A stretch of DNA of 64,000 bases from NCBI GenBank assembly GCA_013265495.1, contig MU058687.1, forward strand, positions 1,612,001 through 1,676,000, read 5' to 3'. Within the stretch, counting starts at the first letter, position 1, and each line of letters begins with the position of its first letter. Under the pieces are notes generated by a model that saw only the letters and a program-made list of their open reading frames with translations, had not been told where the DNA came from and searched no databases. The DNA is from Vicugna vicugna (taxonomy: Eukaryota). Positions 22,417-36,801 of the stretch are shown in pieces. The position numbers were made by a program, and so were the translations under genes.

Positions 22417-25400
22417 GTGAGTGGCCGTGAGTCATCCTGTGAAAGCAGTGTCCATCGCAATGGGGTGGCGGCTGCCCCTTGAGCAATCCTCGCCTCCTCA
22501 GACCTTTGTCCTGGGCTTCCTATTTGGTGCTGGGCATGTATGTGGAGCCACTCGATTAACTCAGTCAGAGGACCGTTTCTTCTCTACCAGGGAGCTAGAC
22601 AGGAACAAGCACCTGTCCCACCATCCGTCCCTGCCTGGGATGCCTAGGGAAGCCAGCAGCCGAGAATTCACTCTTGAGTTCTTTCCTTGGGGCAGTGGTT
22701 AAGTGTGGTCCATGAATCTCCAGCACCGGAACCACCTAGGGTGTTTGTTAAGAATGCAGATTCCTGGGCACTGGGGCAGACCCAAGGAATTAGCCTCTCC
22801 AGGGTGAGGCTCGGGAATCTGTGGTTTTGATTCTCTGCCAGTGGTCCTGATATGCCCTGAAGTTTGAGGACTCCTGGTGTGGAAGCCTGACCCAGCTCCG
22901 CTGACCCCTGTGTTTGGGGCCTCCAGCAAGACACTTGCTCCCTTTGGGCACCAGCTTCCTTATCTGTAACAAAAGAGCCTGCCTCACTGGGCTGGCCACC
23001 CAAGTTAGACGAGTTTGAAAGCTCCTGAACCAGAGGAGCCTCCGCAGACACTCACCGAGTGCACATCTGTCTTCCCCCTCCCCGCCAGACTCAGGTTCTA
23101 CAGCATTCTTGCCGGTATCTCTGGATTCCAGTCCTTTCTTTCACCTCAGCTGCTGTTTCTGGAATACTTGTTGATACATCCTCTTCCCTTGCATCATACG
23201 TTAGGCACTTAAGCAGACCCACCTATCTGATGAGTTAGGTTGGGACCATGGCCGCCCTTCTGGAATTAGGTCACCCCCCATGAGACTTTGCTCATAGAAC
23301 ACAGGCCAGAAAAGGCCATGCCTGGCACGTGGTAGGGACTGAGAACAGGGGGATGGAAAGATGGATGCCTGCTGTTCTGGTTTTACACTTTATCTTTGGG
23401 GCATTACCTTCTTATTGCGGAAGGAAAATTCCAGAGCATATTCAATGACTGGCATTGCATAACATGCAATCATGACCTCAGAAGGAAAGGAAGTGGTGGT
23501 TGTGGGAAGAGTGCAGCTTGATCCAACCCTCTTAGTAGTCTTTTTCACTTTTCTGTGGAAGTGGGTCTGAGAAAATCCCCTCCACCTCTACCCTCAAGGC
23601 TTTAGACCTTGAGGGCCGAAGTCTGCCCTCAGAGCGGCAGATGGTAAAGCTCTCTCCTCTCTGGGGCTGGCGGACTTGGGGGTAAGGCCTGGGGAGACCC
23701 GGCTCCCTGGTTCCCTGCAGCCACCTCCTCTCCACCCTCCCCTTACCAGACTTCTACCTCCAGGGTGGTCACTGGCCGGCCCCCAAGATAACATCCTTGG
23801 TCTCTGGCCTTGGGACAGGCATCTCGTCAACGCCGGTCTTGTTTATTTGCGGAATAAGCACAGTTCTCCTTGGGAGCCTTTGGTTCTCCCAAGGCTACTG
23901 TGTGGGATGGGAAGTTGTGTTCGCAGGGCCCAGATCGCTGCTCTAAGTTTGTTTAGAGACTCTGAGAGACGTGGACATTCTCTCCCCTCAGTGGACTGCC
24001 TCCAACTCACCGTCCAGAAAGAACTCTGATAAGAGCTGCAGAGTAACTGTAATCCATTTTGTGATGACCCAGACACATTCCCTTGGCAAAGGATCCCACT
24101 GGACGCTGGTTCATCTTGAGTCACAGTTCACATCTTCCTGGGATTCCTGGCTGCTTGGAGCCACGTCACGGCTTAGCGAGGTTCTCTGGGGAGGGAGCAG
24201 GGCTGGGGACAGGACTATCAGAAGCCCTGGTGTTTACCTCACCACTGATTAACTCTGTGACTTCGGCAAGTTGCTTAAACTCAATTATGATGTGGAGAAA
24301 AAGACGTGCCCTTCACAGGGCTCTGTGCCTCACCTGTGCTGTGGGCATCCTGCTCTTCACCTCACTGGATGGTTTTGAGGCTCCAGGTATGTGCTGGATG
24401 TGCAGGTGCCTTGAAAACTGAAATTTTGTGCAAATGTGAGTTTTCAACTGCCCTTAAAAAAGAACTCTAAACTTCACTCATGACACTGAGAGTAAAAGGG
24501 CTTCCTGTACACAAATCAGGTCCGTTCATCTGGTTAAGTGCAAGCTTGGATTAGGGGCCACACTCTGTTTACAGGCTCGCCATTCTTGGCTTTAGAATCA
24601 ACTCTTCATTTCAGAAAAATGTCCAGGTCATTCTGGCTGAAGGAGCCTCTCCCAGAGCTCCTAGGTTCCGGAGCATCTCTGCGGATGTGGTCCTTTGGAC
24701 CAGAGCCATGCTGCAGCTTCAGGACTCCTGTGGACCATTCTATTCCCTTTGATTCCAAGAAGGGCCTTTTGCCAGGGCTTGGCACAAAGCAGCTTTTCAG
24801 TCTATATGTGTCTTGGATGGCTCCTCTCTTCGGAATAGGAACATGGCAGTGATGACAGAGCAGAGAATCTAATTCGTTCGCACTGTCAGGAGATGGGGCC
24901 CAGGAGTAAGAGATCTTCTCCTAAGGGCCTGGGGGTCCAGGTCTTAAATCACACTTTCTCCCAGGTCCATTACACTTAGCAAGTGGCAGTGACGGGTGCT
25001 AACGAGTGGGCACTGGTGGGGCTTGGATGGTCCTTGTGACCATGTTGCCTTCTCTCTCTCCAGGGTCCTTCTATCTCTCCTTAGGGAAGAGGGTACCCCA
25101 TTATTTGCTCCAGGAATGCTAGCCCTATATTCTCAAGCTACTCCACAGAAATCCCTGTCCTTTTCTAGGGTGCCCTCACCCTAGGCCAGATCTCTGTCCC
25201 GTGCAAATAACCCACATGAGCCCCTGACCATCCAGTCTTTGTTCCTCCTTGAATTCTACTTGTCCTGGATTGCATCCCCTCTGGCCAGCTTCCCTGTGTC
25301 CCCCCAGTTGACAGCAGGTAATGTGACAGATGCGAGTCAGTGAATGAAGGTACTTCTATCTCATGAAGGACAACCTTGGATTAACAGCTGTCCTCTCCAT

Positions 25401-28400
25401 TTTTAGGGCCTGGCACTGTGACCTTTATAGTCAGTTCTTGGGAGCTGTGGTTTTACTGAGACAATGCACCACAGCCTTCATTGATTGACTGAACAAATAT
25501 TTACTGAGCATCTCCTCTGATTCACTCAACATTCTGAGGTTGGAGGATGCAGTAGTGAATGGGACTGAAAAGGTCCTGGGTTCACACTTCAGGAAAGACA
25601 GATTAGAGTGACTAGTAGGGGAAAGGTCAGGCCAAGTAGGAGGGGAGATGACATCATGTAAGTAGGTCCAGAGTAATTCCCTGAGTCCCAGGCCAGAGCT
25701 AATGGTGCTGCTTTCTCGGGGTGGTGGTAGATGTGAGGTACTTATGGTTTTCCTGTGCAAAGTTTAGATTTCTTTTTCTTCCCACGCCTCTCTCTGGGAT
25801 CATGAGGCAGGGCTAGTTAACTTATGTAGCTGGCTTCTTAGGAACAAGCTGCCTGGAGCCCAGCCTGTCTGTGTCTGGAGACACAGTTGGGGGAACTGGA
25901 GCTGGCTCGTGCAGCCCTTGAGGAAACCACACTTCCCGGGGCCTGCCTGTGAGTAAGCCCCGGGTCCGGGCTTCACCTCTGTAAATCCGAATGGGAAAGC
26001 TGTCACCGAGAAGCCCAGCCAGACTCAGAAGAAAACTTGGGAGGATGAGAAACATGTACTGTCACATGAACGACTTTCAGGAATGACAGGATGTGACATA
26101 TCAGACCAAGCAGACAGTTCTGCTTTTGATCAGCTCATCATCTGTCACGAGGCAGGGAGTGGTAGGGTTGAGCAAGGCAGTGGCACACAGGATGGTAGGT
26201 CCCTCTGTTGGCTGCTGCGGGCTGGCATCTGGGTTGGGGTTGGTGGAAGTGCCAATGTATCTGGGGGGAGCTTTGCAGGTTACCTCCTTTAAATGTGAAA
26301 AACTTGGAGAAAGTGAGGCCTGCATTCTGCCACTTTGCTGACCTGGTGGTTTGAAACGTGCCCCTCATTTTCCCCTCTTCCCCAGCTGAGTCATTGGGAG
26401 TCTGTGTTCTAGGAGTCTGTGGTCATTGGCCATCAGCTCTGTCAGCCAGAGGGCCCTGTGAGTGGAGAGGCCAGCAGTGAGGCAGGCTCTCGGGAGCTTT
26501 TGTGTCCTCTCTCACATAGACCAGGACTGAGCCTTTGCAGATGTCACCACAGGGACAATATCATGAGGAACATCTACCTTAAAAGGAGGCATGTGTGTTC
26601 CAGGAGCCTCTAGAGTTGATGACCTAAAGCAGCACAAATATGAGGCTCAGCTGAAAAAATTAAGCCCTTTGTCAAAATTCCTTTTTTTAATTAAAAAAAC
26701 ATTCCCTGTAAAACTCAGACTCCTCCCCTAAACTTAGCACCTGCTCTGAGAACAGCCTAAGGTACCTCTGCCCTTCAGTACCTTGTCCCCCTCAACGAGG
26801 AGGAGGGAAGCCAGCACCAAGGCTGTAGGTCAAGACCAAGGTGTGTTGGCTAGCTTAGGAGCTTGCTCACGTGAGCTCTTTCTCTTGCATCTGTTGTCTC
26901 CTCCCTTGCCTTTTAGCGTGGTGCTTAGCTTCAGTAGGTGTTCAGTAAATATTAAGCGTAGGTTTGAGGGTGGGGAGTTGATCATCTTACATTCCAGTGG
27001 CCCCCAGGTCTGCTCTTGGGGAGCCCCAAATGGGAGGTCTTCCCTGTGTCATGCCGCCTTGCTTCTGCTTTGTTTTAGTGGTAAACTCTTACAATACAGA
27101 AAATTGCTGCTGTACCTGACTTGTTTGCTCTGGAGGAGACTAGAAATACTTGAGTTAGGTTTCAGCTGCACAAATCGAAAGGTCATCTCTTTGTTAGAAG
27201 ACATTTCCTGAGCACAGTCCCTGCACTTGGCAGGGAGCTGGGTGCCATGTGGGGAAGGGTCACACAAGAAAATGTTAGTCAATGTCCCTGTCCTCACTGT
27301 GCTAAAATCTAGCTGGGGAGACAACAAATGCCCTACATGGAAAACGACCAAGAGCCAGCATTGCATAAGAACGAGCAATCCCATAGGGTGTAACTGCAAG
27401 GTTACAGCTGGAGACACCTCTCATGACAGCTTCCTCCAATGGCTAGGTATACAGGAGGTGCCTGAATGATAGAGTCATCTAAGACTGGAAAACCGGTCAG
27501 GTCCAGGAGGGCGGCTGTTTCTGCGGCATTCACCTTGCTCTTCAAGGGATTTGGAGTCAGATTGCTGTGGCCTTGACTCTCAGTTCTGCCATTAGAAGCT
27601 GGATGATCTTGGGCAAATTATAGTCTTCTTATCTCTAAAACCAAACCAGAGATAATCTTGCCCGTTTTAGGGGATTATTGTAAGGAATTAAATGAAATCA
27701 CGTGTGAAAAATCATTTGGCCCACTCCCTAGAACACAGTAGGTACACACTAAATATTAGTTTCCTTCTAGCTTGAGTAATAAAATAGCCACGACCTGGTA
27801 GCATTAGCCAAATGGCTAAGGGTGCAGACTCTAGGACTGATGGACTGAGCTTGAAGTCCAGCATAGGACACGTGCTGTTCTATGACCCTGGGCAAGCTAC
27901 TTACGTTGTAGGTTTCTCAATTTTAAAATAGGGACTGAAAGAGCATATCTATCTGTATAGTGCTTCATAGTGCTTAGGACAGCAGCTGTGGCCTGGCGAG
28001 CACAGTGGATCAGCTGTGATTCCTCTCCTTACCTTCCCTGGGAATCAGTGATTACAGGCTGTCCTGACTCCACTAGCCACTGCCTCCTGCTTTTCCCTAA
28101 CCTCTTTCCCCCAAAGGACTGAGGAAATCCAGGGGTGTTGCGGTTATATAAGCCACCAGCATAAACACAGATTTGAGGACGAGCTCTCTGATCGGGGAGG
28201 GACTCTAAGGAAGTCGAGAGGTGACCAGCTGTGACCTTGCTTCCCAAGTTCTTAGGGACCTAAGCTTAGCCTTTTAAATCCATAAACCCCTTTCGTGAGT
28301 GATTTTCCCCCAAATCAGTGGGATTGTTTTGATCCTGAAGGTCTGCTACCTCCTTAATCCTGAGTTGGCCCTTTCAAAAGAAGCCAAATGCTTGGATTTG

Positions 28401-31400
28401 GGAATTTAAAAAAGACAGTCATATGAGCTGGCTTTACGCGCATATTAATGTAGACCAGGAGCAGGTAGGCATGTTGCTGTAGGGGGTAGAAAGTAATATA
28501 CTGCATGTGTAGCACATTTTAGTGCCCATAAATGCTGTGTGGACTTACATGGCCCTTTGTATAGTAACATTTTCATACATTTGTCTATGTCGCTTAAGTT
28601 TTCCTCAATTGTTATACTCTGTGACCCTTAACTGCCAATTAATCTGTACCTCATTAAGGCCGTTGCTAGTGTACATGGATATGTGTAGATACACACATGT
28701 GCCTGGTCACTCATCACGTAAAAACACCTTGTGGGGGCTGGCATCGTGCTGTGTGCTTAAAGGTTGCTCCTAGGAGTTGAGCAGCTTTAAGCAAACCTGG
28801 TATATGGAAATCTAGATGGAACCCAGATTTATCCGTCAAACAGTGCTGATTTAAGAACAACCCCCTACCATGCTTTTTTAAATAGCACACTTTCTCTGAG
28901 AACCTTGTCTAGATTTAAATTTCTAACCACATCTTTCCCCAGGTCTCGGCTCACAGCTAATCTGGGACCTGACATTCCAGTAAACTGCAGCCCATTCATT
29001 CAACACCCATTTTTAGGGTAAACCCCTGTTCTGCTTACCAGGCACCAGGCTAAGGTGACAAAAAAGGCTGCAAACCAAAGGCTTAGAGGAGTTAGGGCAA
29101 GGAGGTTCCACCTCTGTAGGATAATTAAGGTTGAGATGAGCTGTAAAAGAGGTAAGGTGGGAGACCTTTCCACGTAATGAATCAGCTGGGATAAAGGAAG
29201 ACACCAGAGGATGAAAGGTTGAAATTGTGAGTCATCCAGTCTGGCTGGCGTACAGGGAACATACAGGGAAGTTAGGTGGAGATGGAACTGGAAAGATAGT
29301 TTGAAACTAGGCGAGGAAAGCCAAGAACAGCAGACTGAGGGGTTTGAACTTGGTCCTTCCTCAGAGAGGGCTGGCTCCCTGAAGGTCCTTGGGCAGGGAC
29401 TGCATGGTCAGTGCAGCGCTGAGGAATGTGCACCTGGATACACCGTGCAGGCTGGTGGAGGAGAGGTTACAGCCGCCTGAAAGGGGGTGGGGGCACAGAG
29501 GCAAAGTGGGCTTCCACGGAAGGCTTGGGAGGGTCTGGGACAGCGTGGATGTGAGAGGGCAGAGGCATGGGTGACTGAGAACTGAGAAAGGGCAGAGAGA
29601 GGAGCTGGAGAAGGATGAGGAGAACCAGGGAAGGTGCCTTGTGGGGCTGCATTAAGTAAACCAAGCACGTCTTGTTGAGTCCCAGTGGCCTCTCCTTTCC
29701 TTCCTGTCACCGTTGCTGTGAGAGTGTGCAGCGAGGGGAGGGCCAGGCTTGCAGGAGGGGAGTGAGCCCCCAAGTGCAAAGCATTCTACTGAATAGGCCA
29801 TTCATGTGAGCCCATTTAGTCCTCAGAGCAGCCCCGTGACTAGAGAGTAGGAGCTGGGTAGTATCTTGCTTTTGTGGGTTAGGAAACAGGCATAAAGCAG
29901 GGAATTAACTTGCCAAGGTCAGACATCTAGTAACTGATAGAGCTGGGGTGTGAACTCAGATTTTTCTGACTGCAAAGCCTGAACCCTTAACCGCTGTGTA
30001 GAGTGATGATGTCTCTGAGGGATGTTGGAGTAGAAAGAAGGAAAGATGACGGGTTCTTTTCCAGTGAACAATGTTCACTGTTAAAATGAACCAGGTTGGT
30101 GTGAGCTCCTTGAGGAGCAGGGCGAGCCCCCATTGGTTCATAAGTGACTAAGTTTGGAGCAAGCCTTCAAGCCCAGGGCTCTGCTGCAGGGAAGGCTGCT
30201 GACCAGTAAAGAGGGACGTTTTTGACTCTTGGCACCAGAGAGCGGAGAAATCTTCCCTGAGGAGTGAGACTTGAGCCCAAGCCCGAAGGATAGATGCATT
30301 TCTTGGTGAAACAGAGCAGGGAGGGCATTCCAGTCTGGTCAGAGGACCTGGTGCAAAATCCGTGGGGTCCTCAGGCTCGGGGGGTGCTTTGGATATTTGA
30401 AAGACAGAAAGGAGGCCAGAGTGGCAGGGTCCCAGGGAGCAAGTAGTTGACCAAGAGCAGATGACCCTATGTACAGATCTTTGTGGGCTGAGGATTTTTA
30501 GCCCTAATTTAAAAGCCCGGGGAAGTCACTGAAGGGTTTTAAGCAGGGGAAGAACATTATCTGATCACATTTTCCAAAGCTCACTGGCTGCCGAGTGGAG
30601 AGTGACTCAGAGCAGAGCCACGCGGAAGCCGTGTGAAGGCCACGCTAGTTCTGAGGCAGTGTCTCCCAGACGCCCTTGAGGGGTAAAAGGATTTCCCGCA
30701 GAGGGAAACACCAGTACTCAGGGCCCACCCCAGGCCTGGGGGTTGCAGAGGGGTTGGGGCTGGCGGCCTTTGTCATCAGGCCGGGTTGGGAAACACTGCT
30801 GTGGGTAGGGTAAAAATGAACAGAAATGAACTCCACTTTAAAAGTAATTTTTACAAAGTAAGTTCCTGAAGAGCCAAGGTGGTGACTTGGTTTGACTGGA
30901 TTGTGTCTTTTTGCCCACGGCTGTCATTTGTTGAGGAAGATAAAGCTGAGAAGAACAATTGCTGGGGCATAAGCCCAGTCGGAAGCAGCTGGCGGTGAGT
31001 TTTAGTCATTACGGTGGGTCTCTGGTCTTGTTGTGACTGCGGGAAGGTGTGGGTCCCAGCCTCCGAGCGCTGCATCCCCCCAGCTCTTCACATTATTCTA
31101 GCACTGACTTGGGCTGCAGGTCTCTGGGACCTTGTCTGCCTTGGTGGTGTCCTGTCGAATGAGTGACAGAACTCAAACAACTGAGACTATAGGCTTGTGT
31201 GTTGACTGGTATCACACCAACAACTTTTCCTGGGAGGCAGGAGGTGAGCTGGGGCCTGGAGTCAGACAGAACTGGGTTAGGAGCCCTGCTCTTCTGCCTG
31301 TGTGACCTGGGGCTGGGTGCCAACCCCTAGTTTTTCTCATTTTTGTCTTTGTTGTAAGGTTTCTTGGGTTAAATGATAAAGATAAACTGTATTATGTACC

Positions 31401-34080
31401 CAGTGCATAGTAGGTGCTCAAAAGCTAGTCCACCATCCTACCCTCTTCCTACTCCCCCTCAACCATTTCCCCCCATTAACACTGTGGTACAACATGGTTT
31501 GTAGAAAGAACGTGGACTCTAATGGGTAGATTCTACCAGCTTTTGTGTAGACAAGATCTTCCACCAACATCCATCTGTCCATCTCTCCAGCCAGTCACCG
31601 TGAATGAGCACCTACTAAGGGACAGACGTAGGAACCAGGAGCCGGGTGTAGAGCTGTGCACTCTCACTGTCTCAAGAAGCAGGAAAAAAATGTCTTGAAA
31701 ACACTAAAGAGGTAGCATCTTACGGTCCGGTGCTGTATTTTGGTTTCCACACTGGGCATGAAAGTACCACCAGAGGCAGTTTCCTCCTGGAGAAAGGTTA
31801 CTGTGAGATAGTGTTCCTGTCTGGCCGGGGTTACCTCGCGCCCCTTTGCTGGCTGCTTCATCCTGAGGCTGGAAGAGGCTTTGATGCTGGCAAGGCACTC
31901 AGGCAGGCTTAGTGTGTGGACGGAGAATGGAGCCGGGCCTCTGAGCAGTAGGCGTGTGGTGTGGCGTCAGCTGGGAGGACTTACCTCTCCAGGCAGATCA
32001 CCTGGGATTAGGTTACCCTACATCAGGGTCCTTGTGAGAATGGAAAAATCCCGGAACCTCGGGTGATTCCTGTATCTTCCCTCGTTCTTGCAAAAGGGAC
32101 CCTCCGGGATCCTATTTAAGATCTAGATCTCCAACTCCAAAGTCCTCAGTTTGCCAGGTAGGACATGCAGTGGCCCCGCTTCCCAGCTACGAAGGTTGCA
32201 TTTGCCCTTCTAAGGCCAGTTTTTACCCCCAGGGTCTTGGAGATCAGCAGTTAAGGAGCAGGACCCTACTCACAAATGAGTGTCACCGAGGACCAGTTAA
32301 GCTCTCAGGACATGGAATGTCTTCCCTTGGAGAGAAGCCTGCTCACTGGGCCTTCCTGAAGGCTCTCAGCCCCAAAGGGCACTGCCAGGCCCCATGGAGA
32401 GGCACTAGCTTGAGATGCCAAGAGATTTCGTTTCTCACCTCAGCTCTCCCAGAACTCTGTGTGACCCTGAACAAGTCACTTAACCTCTAGATGTTAATCT
32501 CACTTAGTCTCCATTTGGCCCTCTAATAACCAGATTGTAATAGTGGATGACGGAACTCTCACACTGTTAACATTCTGTAATTTCAACCCACAAATATCGC
32601 CATTTGCGTTATCCTTTGTATTTTTGTTTCAGATCCCTTCTGCCCCCACTAGATTATAAAGTTCCATGAAGGCAGGATCTCCGCCGTATACATCTCCACC
32701 GCTCACCTCCCCCCTCAAATATCTAGCAGAATACATTTCATATGGTAGATGCTGTAAAGATCTGTTTGATGTGCTGATTGTACACTGGCGTCCAGTGCAA
32801 GACCCCTACACTGAGCCTACTGATCCTGGTTTTTGTGACTATCCCAGCACTGAGCACCACTACTGACCACCCTGAGTTGCTATAATTCACAGGCTGGAAA
32901 GCCAATCAGGATGAATCAGCCCTTTGGCAGGTGATGAATGGTGTTGTAATAGGACATGCAGACAAATCACTTCTCTCCCTGTAATTGTTTTCAAGTTCAA
33001 TAAAGGAAAAGCAGAAAGAAATGAGCTGATAGAAAAGGTTTTATGACTAAAATTAAAATTTCATAAAATGATGCCTTTACGTTGTAGGGGAAAAAAGTTA
33101 TAATTACATACAATCTCATTAATGTTTAAATGCAGCATAGAGAAATAATCCCAAATAAATACAAAACAAATAAGAAATTGTGGACATTTTAGATATATAT
33201 ATATAAATAAAGGAAAAACAGGACCTTGAGACAAAAGACTTACCTTTTTTCACCCTTGGAATTTGAGGCTTGCCTGAGTTCTCAGGCTATTTTTCAGTTT
33301 CTCACTTGGGATTATGTGTGGCAGAAGGGTTTGGGGAGATGTATCGCAGTTAGTCACTCCTGAATCAAGGCATTTCTGACCTTGGAAATACCCAAGGCCA
33401 CTGGAGTTTGAACTCCAACGCAGATATGAGATGTTTCAGTTTGTCAGTGTGCATGTTTGAGTGTGTCTCTGTGTGTGTGTATTTCTAGCCAGTTTGTATA
33501 TACCCATGTCCTGTCTGTATAAATTTATGCTGTGATGTGTGACTTTACACCACAGATGCTTTGTAAATTACTAAGCTACTCACACAATGAACTTCAGCTT
33601 TCACGTTTGTAAATGTGGAAACAGCTTTAGGATTCTGTCTCACTGAATGCAAATTCTTAGGGTTGTAGGGTTTAAAACTTTTCCTTCAGCTGGTCTCTCA
33701 GCTCCATGTTAACAGATTCTGTGAAATCAAGAACTTAAGTAGCAGGAAAAGAAAAATCAAGATTGATTTACTTTATCATAGACAAGGGAGGGTAGGAGCC
33801 TTCATTCATTAGTTTGCACCTGGAGAAGAGCCAGCCTGCATTGAGAATCCCAACTGTAATCTTTTTCAATAGGTGTTGATAGTAAGAGTGGTCAGCAGTG
33901 TGTGAGCTGAGTTGTCAATCTAAAGAAAGATCTTTCTGGTATCTTGAGGGGGAAAAGTCCCTTTTTGAATTTTTAAAAGGACTAGACATTAGGGGTTATG
34001 TTTCTTATGAAGAGCCTCTTAAATGTGTGCTGTCACCTCTTGGCCATTGGTGCTATGATTGATGTCTCTGTCTTCTATAG

Positions 34081-34222
34081 CTTGGAATTGCGATTGGGTT
34101 CTTGGTCCCTCCTGTCTTGGTACCCAACATCAAAGACCAGGACAAGCTTGCCTACCACATCAGCATCATGTTCTACATAATAGGAGGTGTGGCCACTCTG
34201 CTTTTCATCCTTGTCATCATCG
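34081..34222 (+). CDS. FLVCR2: FLVCR2 exon 2 (142 nt)
   Basis: tctgtcttctatag|[54 protein letters not shown]|gtaagg. Confidence 0.97.
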
Positions 34223-36660
34223 GTAAGGTCATTAGCAGACTGATGGGGGAAGGGGAGGCAGGGAGGTTCTGCTGACTTGGGTGAGGACCTTGTGAACATG
34301 GCCCTAGAACACCATTCTAGGTACCACGTATTCTATAAAGTGTGTCTATAGAAACTGGAGGCCAGGCTTCCAGTGGTCAAGTGTTTTAGCCTGAGTAACT
34401 GCTGCCGATACAGTGCTAGCTGGTCCTGTGTGCTTTGTTAGAGGCTCCATAAAGGTTAGCGGTAATTAACCAGTTTCCCAGCACAGCCTCATTAGAATTA
34501 ATGGGCAGCTTGCTGACCCCCTTTATGAGCCAGTGCTGAGTATACTTGATCTCACTGACTCCTCAATAGCCCTGTGAGGGAAGGTACCATTATCATCTCA
34601 CTTAACAAAGAGGAAACCAAGACTTGAGGGGAGTTAAAGAAATTATTCAGGATTAGATAGTAAGTGACAGAGGTGGAATTCAAACCCATGTTTCTCTAAC
34701 TCCCTACTGTAAATTTCTGGAACAACATGAAACAAAACAGGGTTGATGCATATTGATCCACAAACACTAATACTCTCATAGATTCACCTGAGAATGCCTG
34801 GGGACTACATTTTTAAAAATGCTTTAAAAAAATATATGTATGAGTAATGTACACTCATTATGAAAAAATCAAAAATACAAAATAGTGTAAAGGGAAGAAT
34901 GATCATTAATTTAGCCTTATACCAGTTAATCCCAACCACCAACATCAGAAAACTGCTTTTATTTGTATGTATATATAATCATTGAGATATTTAGTTAATA
35001 TAACTTATGTCCTCTTTTGTCATCTGACTGACATAACATGTGCTGTGATAAATGCAGAAACAGCGGAGTAGAGTTTTTCATGTTCAGTGATTTATCCATC
35101 TTTCAAGGTTAACCAGCTTTCTTCCTAATATCTGAAAGGTTTCATTCCTTCCTGCTGGCCTCACCTCCAGAGTCAAACAGTTTTATAATCATGTGCCTCA
35201 TTCAGCTGTTCTCACTGTGTCTTTTCCTGCTTGGGGTCCGTACTGTGTCTCTCTCTCCTCCGGGTCGAAGCTGAAGAAGGGCTACCCAATGGTTTTCCAA
35301 AGCTCACGGGATCACAGATCTCTTGGATGGAGGGCTTGGTGTCCCTGGAAAGGTAGAGATGCTGTGGAGCTGTGGCTGAGAACAGGATAGAACAATCTTG
35401 GCCAGACTTGAAGTTTCAAGTTGTACTGGGCCCTGTTCCAAATTCTTGTGTTTGTAGCAGATGAGGGCCTGGGTTTTTGCAGTTGAGATCCTGGAGGTAG
35501 GACAGTTCTACACTTTGGCATTTTACTGTTAAGCACAGATGATAGCTCACTGAGTAAAGAACTGAAAAGTCTTATCTGAATTGTGGTTGGTTGCCAAATC
35601 CTTGCACAAACAGCTGCTGTTGCAGAGATAAAAAAATAAAACCTCTTGCCTTGATTTCTTTCCCCTGATAGAAGGGGGGTGAACAGGCAAGACAATGGGT
35701 GAGAAGTTCCCAACGGTGGGAAGTTATCCAGGACTATTTCCGGAGAAGGAAGAAGCAGGGCTCTGAAGTCTGAGCTGGAGGGTTATCTGGGTGGGGGGCC
35801 CTTTGATCTTCAAGGGAGTAAACCTCATTTCCAGAGCTTCCTCTAAAGGGAGACAATCTACTGACCTTTCTGGAGTGTTCTCATGGGGGCTGGGGGAAGC
35901 AGCATGGTGCTTACTTGGACCCTATTTGGGGGCCAGTTTAGCCAAACAATTGGTTCTACTGATCTGGCCCCCAGAGTACTGAACAGCCATCAGTGCAGTC
36001 AGATGGATTGTACCAGTTGTACTGAAAATAGAACACAAAGCAAATGGTTTTCTAAGTGCCCCTCCCCAGTCCTTCCTATGAGAGTGACCACTCCTGCAGG
36101 GGCCTGTGTTAATCCTCTGGTTTCTTTGTGAGGCAGATATCTGATTCAGACTTTGCAACTAGGAAGGGACTCGAGATCTTTCCAATAGAAGAAGACCCTT
36201 TCACTTATGCAGGGAGTGTTTATTGGCAGCCACGTTCCTGGCTCTGTGCTAAGCATGGGCAACACCGACCCTTCCCCCTCGGGAGGAGCTCTGGTGCTGA
36301 GTTTGTAACTGGGCTCACTAATCCCAGAGCCTCAGCTCTCACTTCCCTCTATGCCCCAGCTACTATGGAATTTGTCAGTGCTCTGCCATACGTTAGTCGC
36401 CAGTTTTTATACAACTCCTTGATCCTTGAACGCTGCCTGGGAGGCCCAATGATTGCAGCTGTCCAGAGGCCATTAAGAAAAATAATCAAAGCCCACAGAA
36501 AGTGAGATGCAGCTTCAAGAGAATGAATTGAAGAATTAATATTTCCTTTTGGAGTCTTAGTTCCTTCTCATTTGAGGGAGTCGGGTCTTATCCAGGTGTC
36601 AGCTCTGCAAGGGTGGGACCACAGGGATTTACAGTGATCTCTCTGTTCCTTTGCTTTCAG

Positions 36661-36801
36661 TATTCAAGGAGAAGCCGAAACATCCCCCAAGCAGGGCCCA
36701 GTCCCTGAGCTATGCCTTGGCGTCTCCTGATGTTTCGTACTTAAGTTCCATAGTCCGACTCTTCAAAAACCTCAACTTTGTGCTGCTGGTCATCACTTAC
36801 G
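36661..36801 (+). CDS. FLVCR2: FLVCR2 exon 3 (141 nt)
   Basis: ttgctttcag|TA; (V)[47 protein letters not shown]|gtaaga. Confidence 0.97.
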
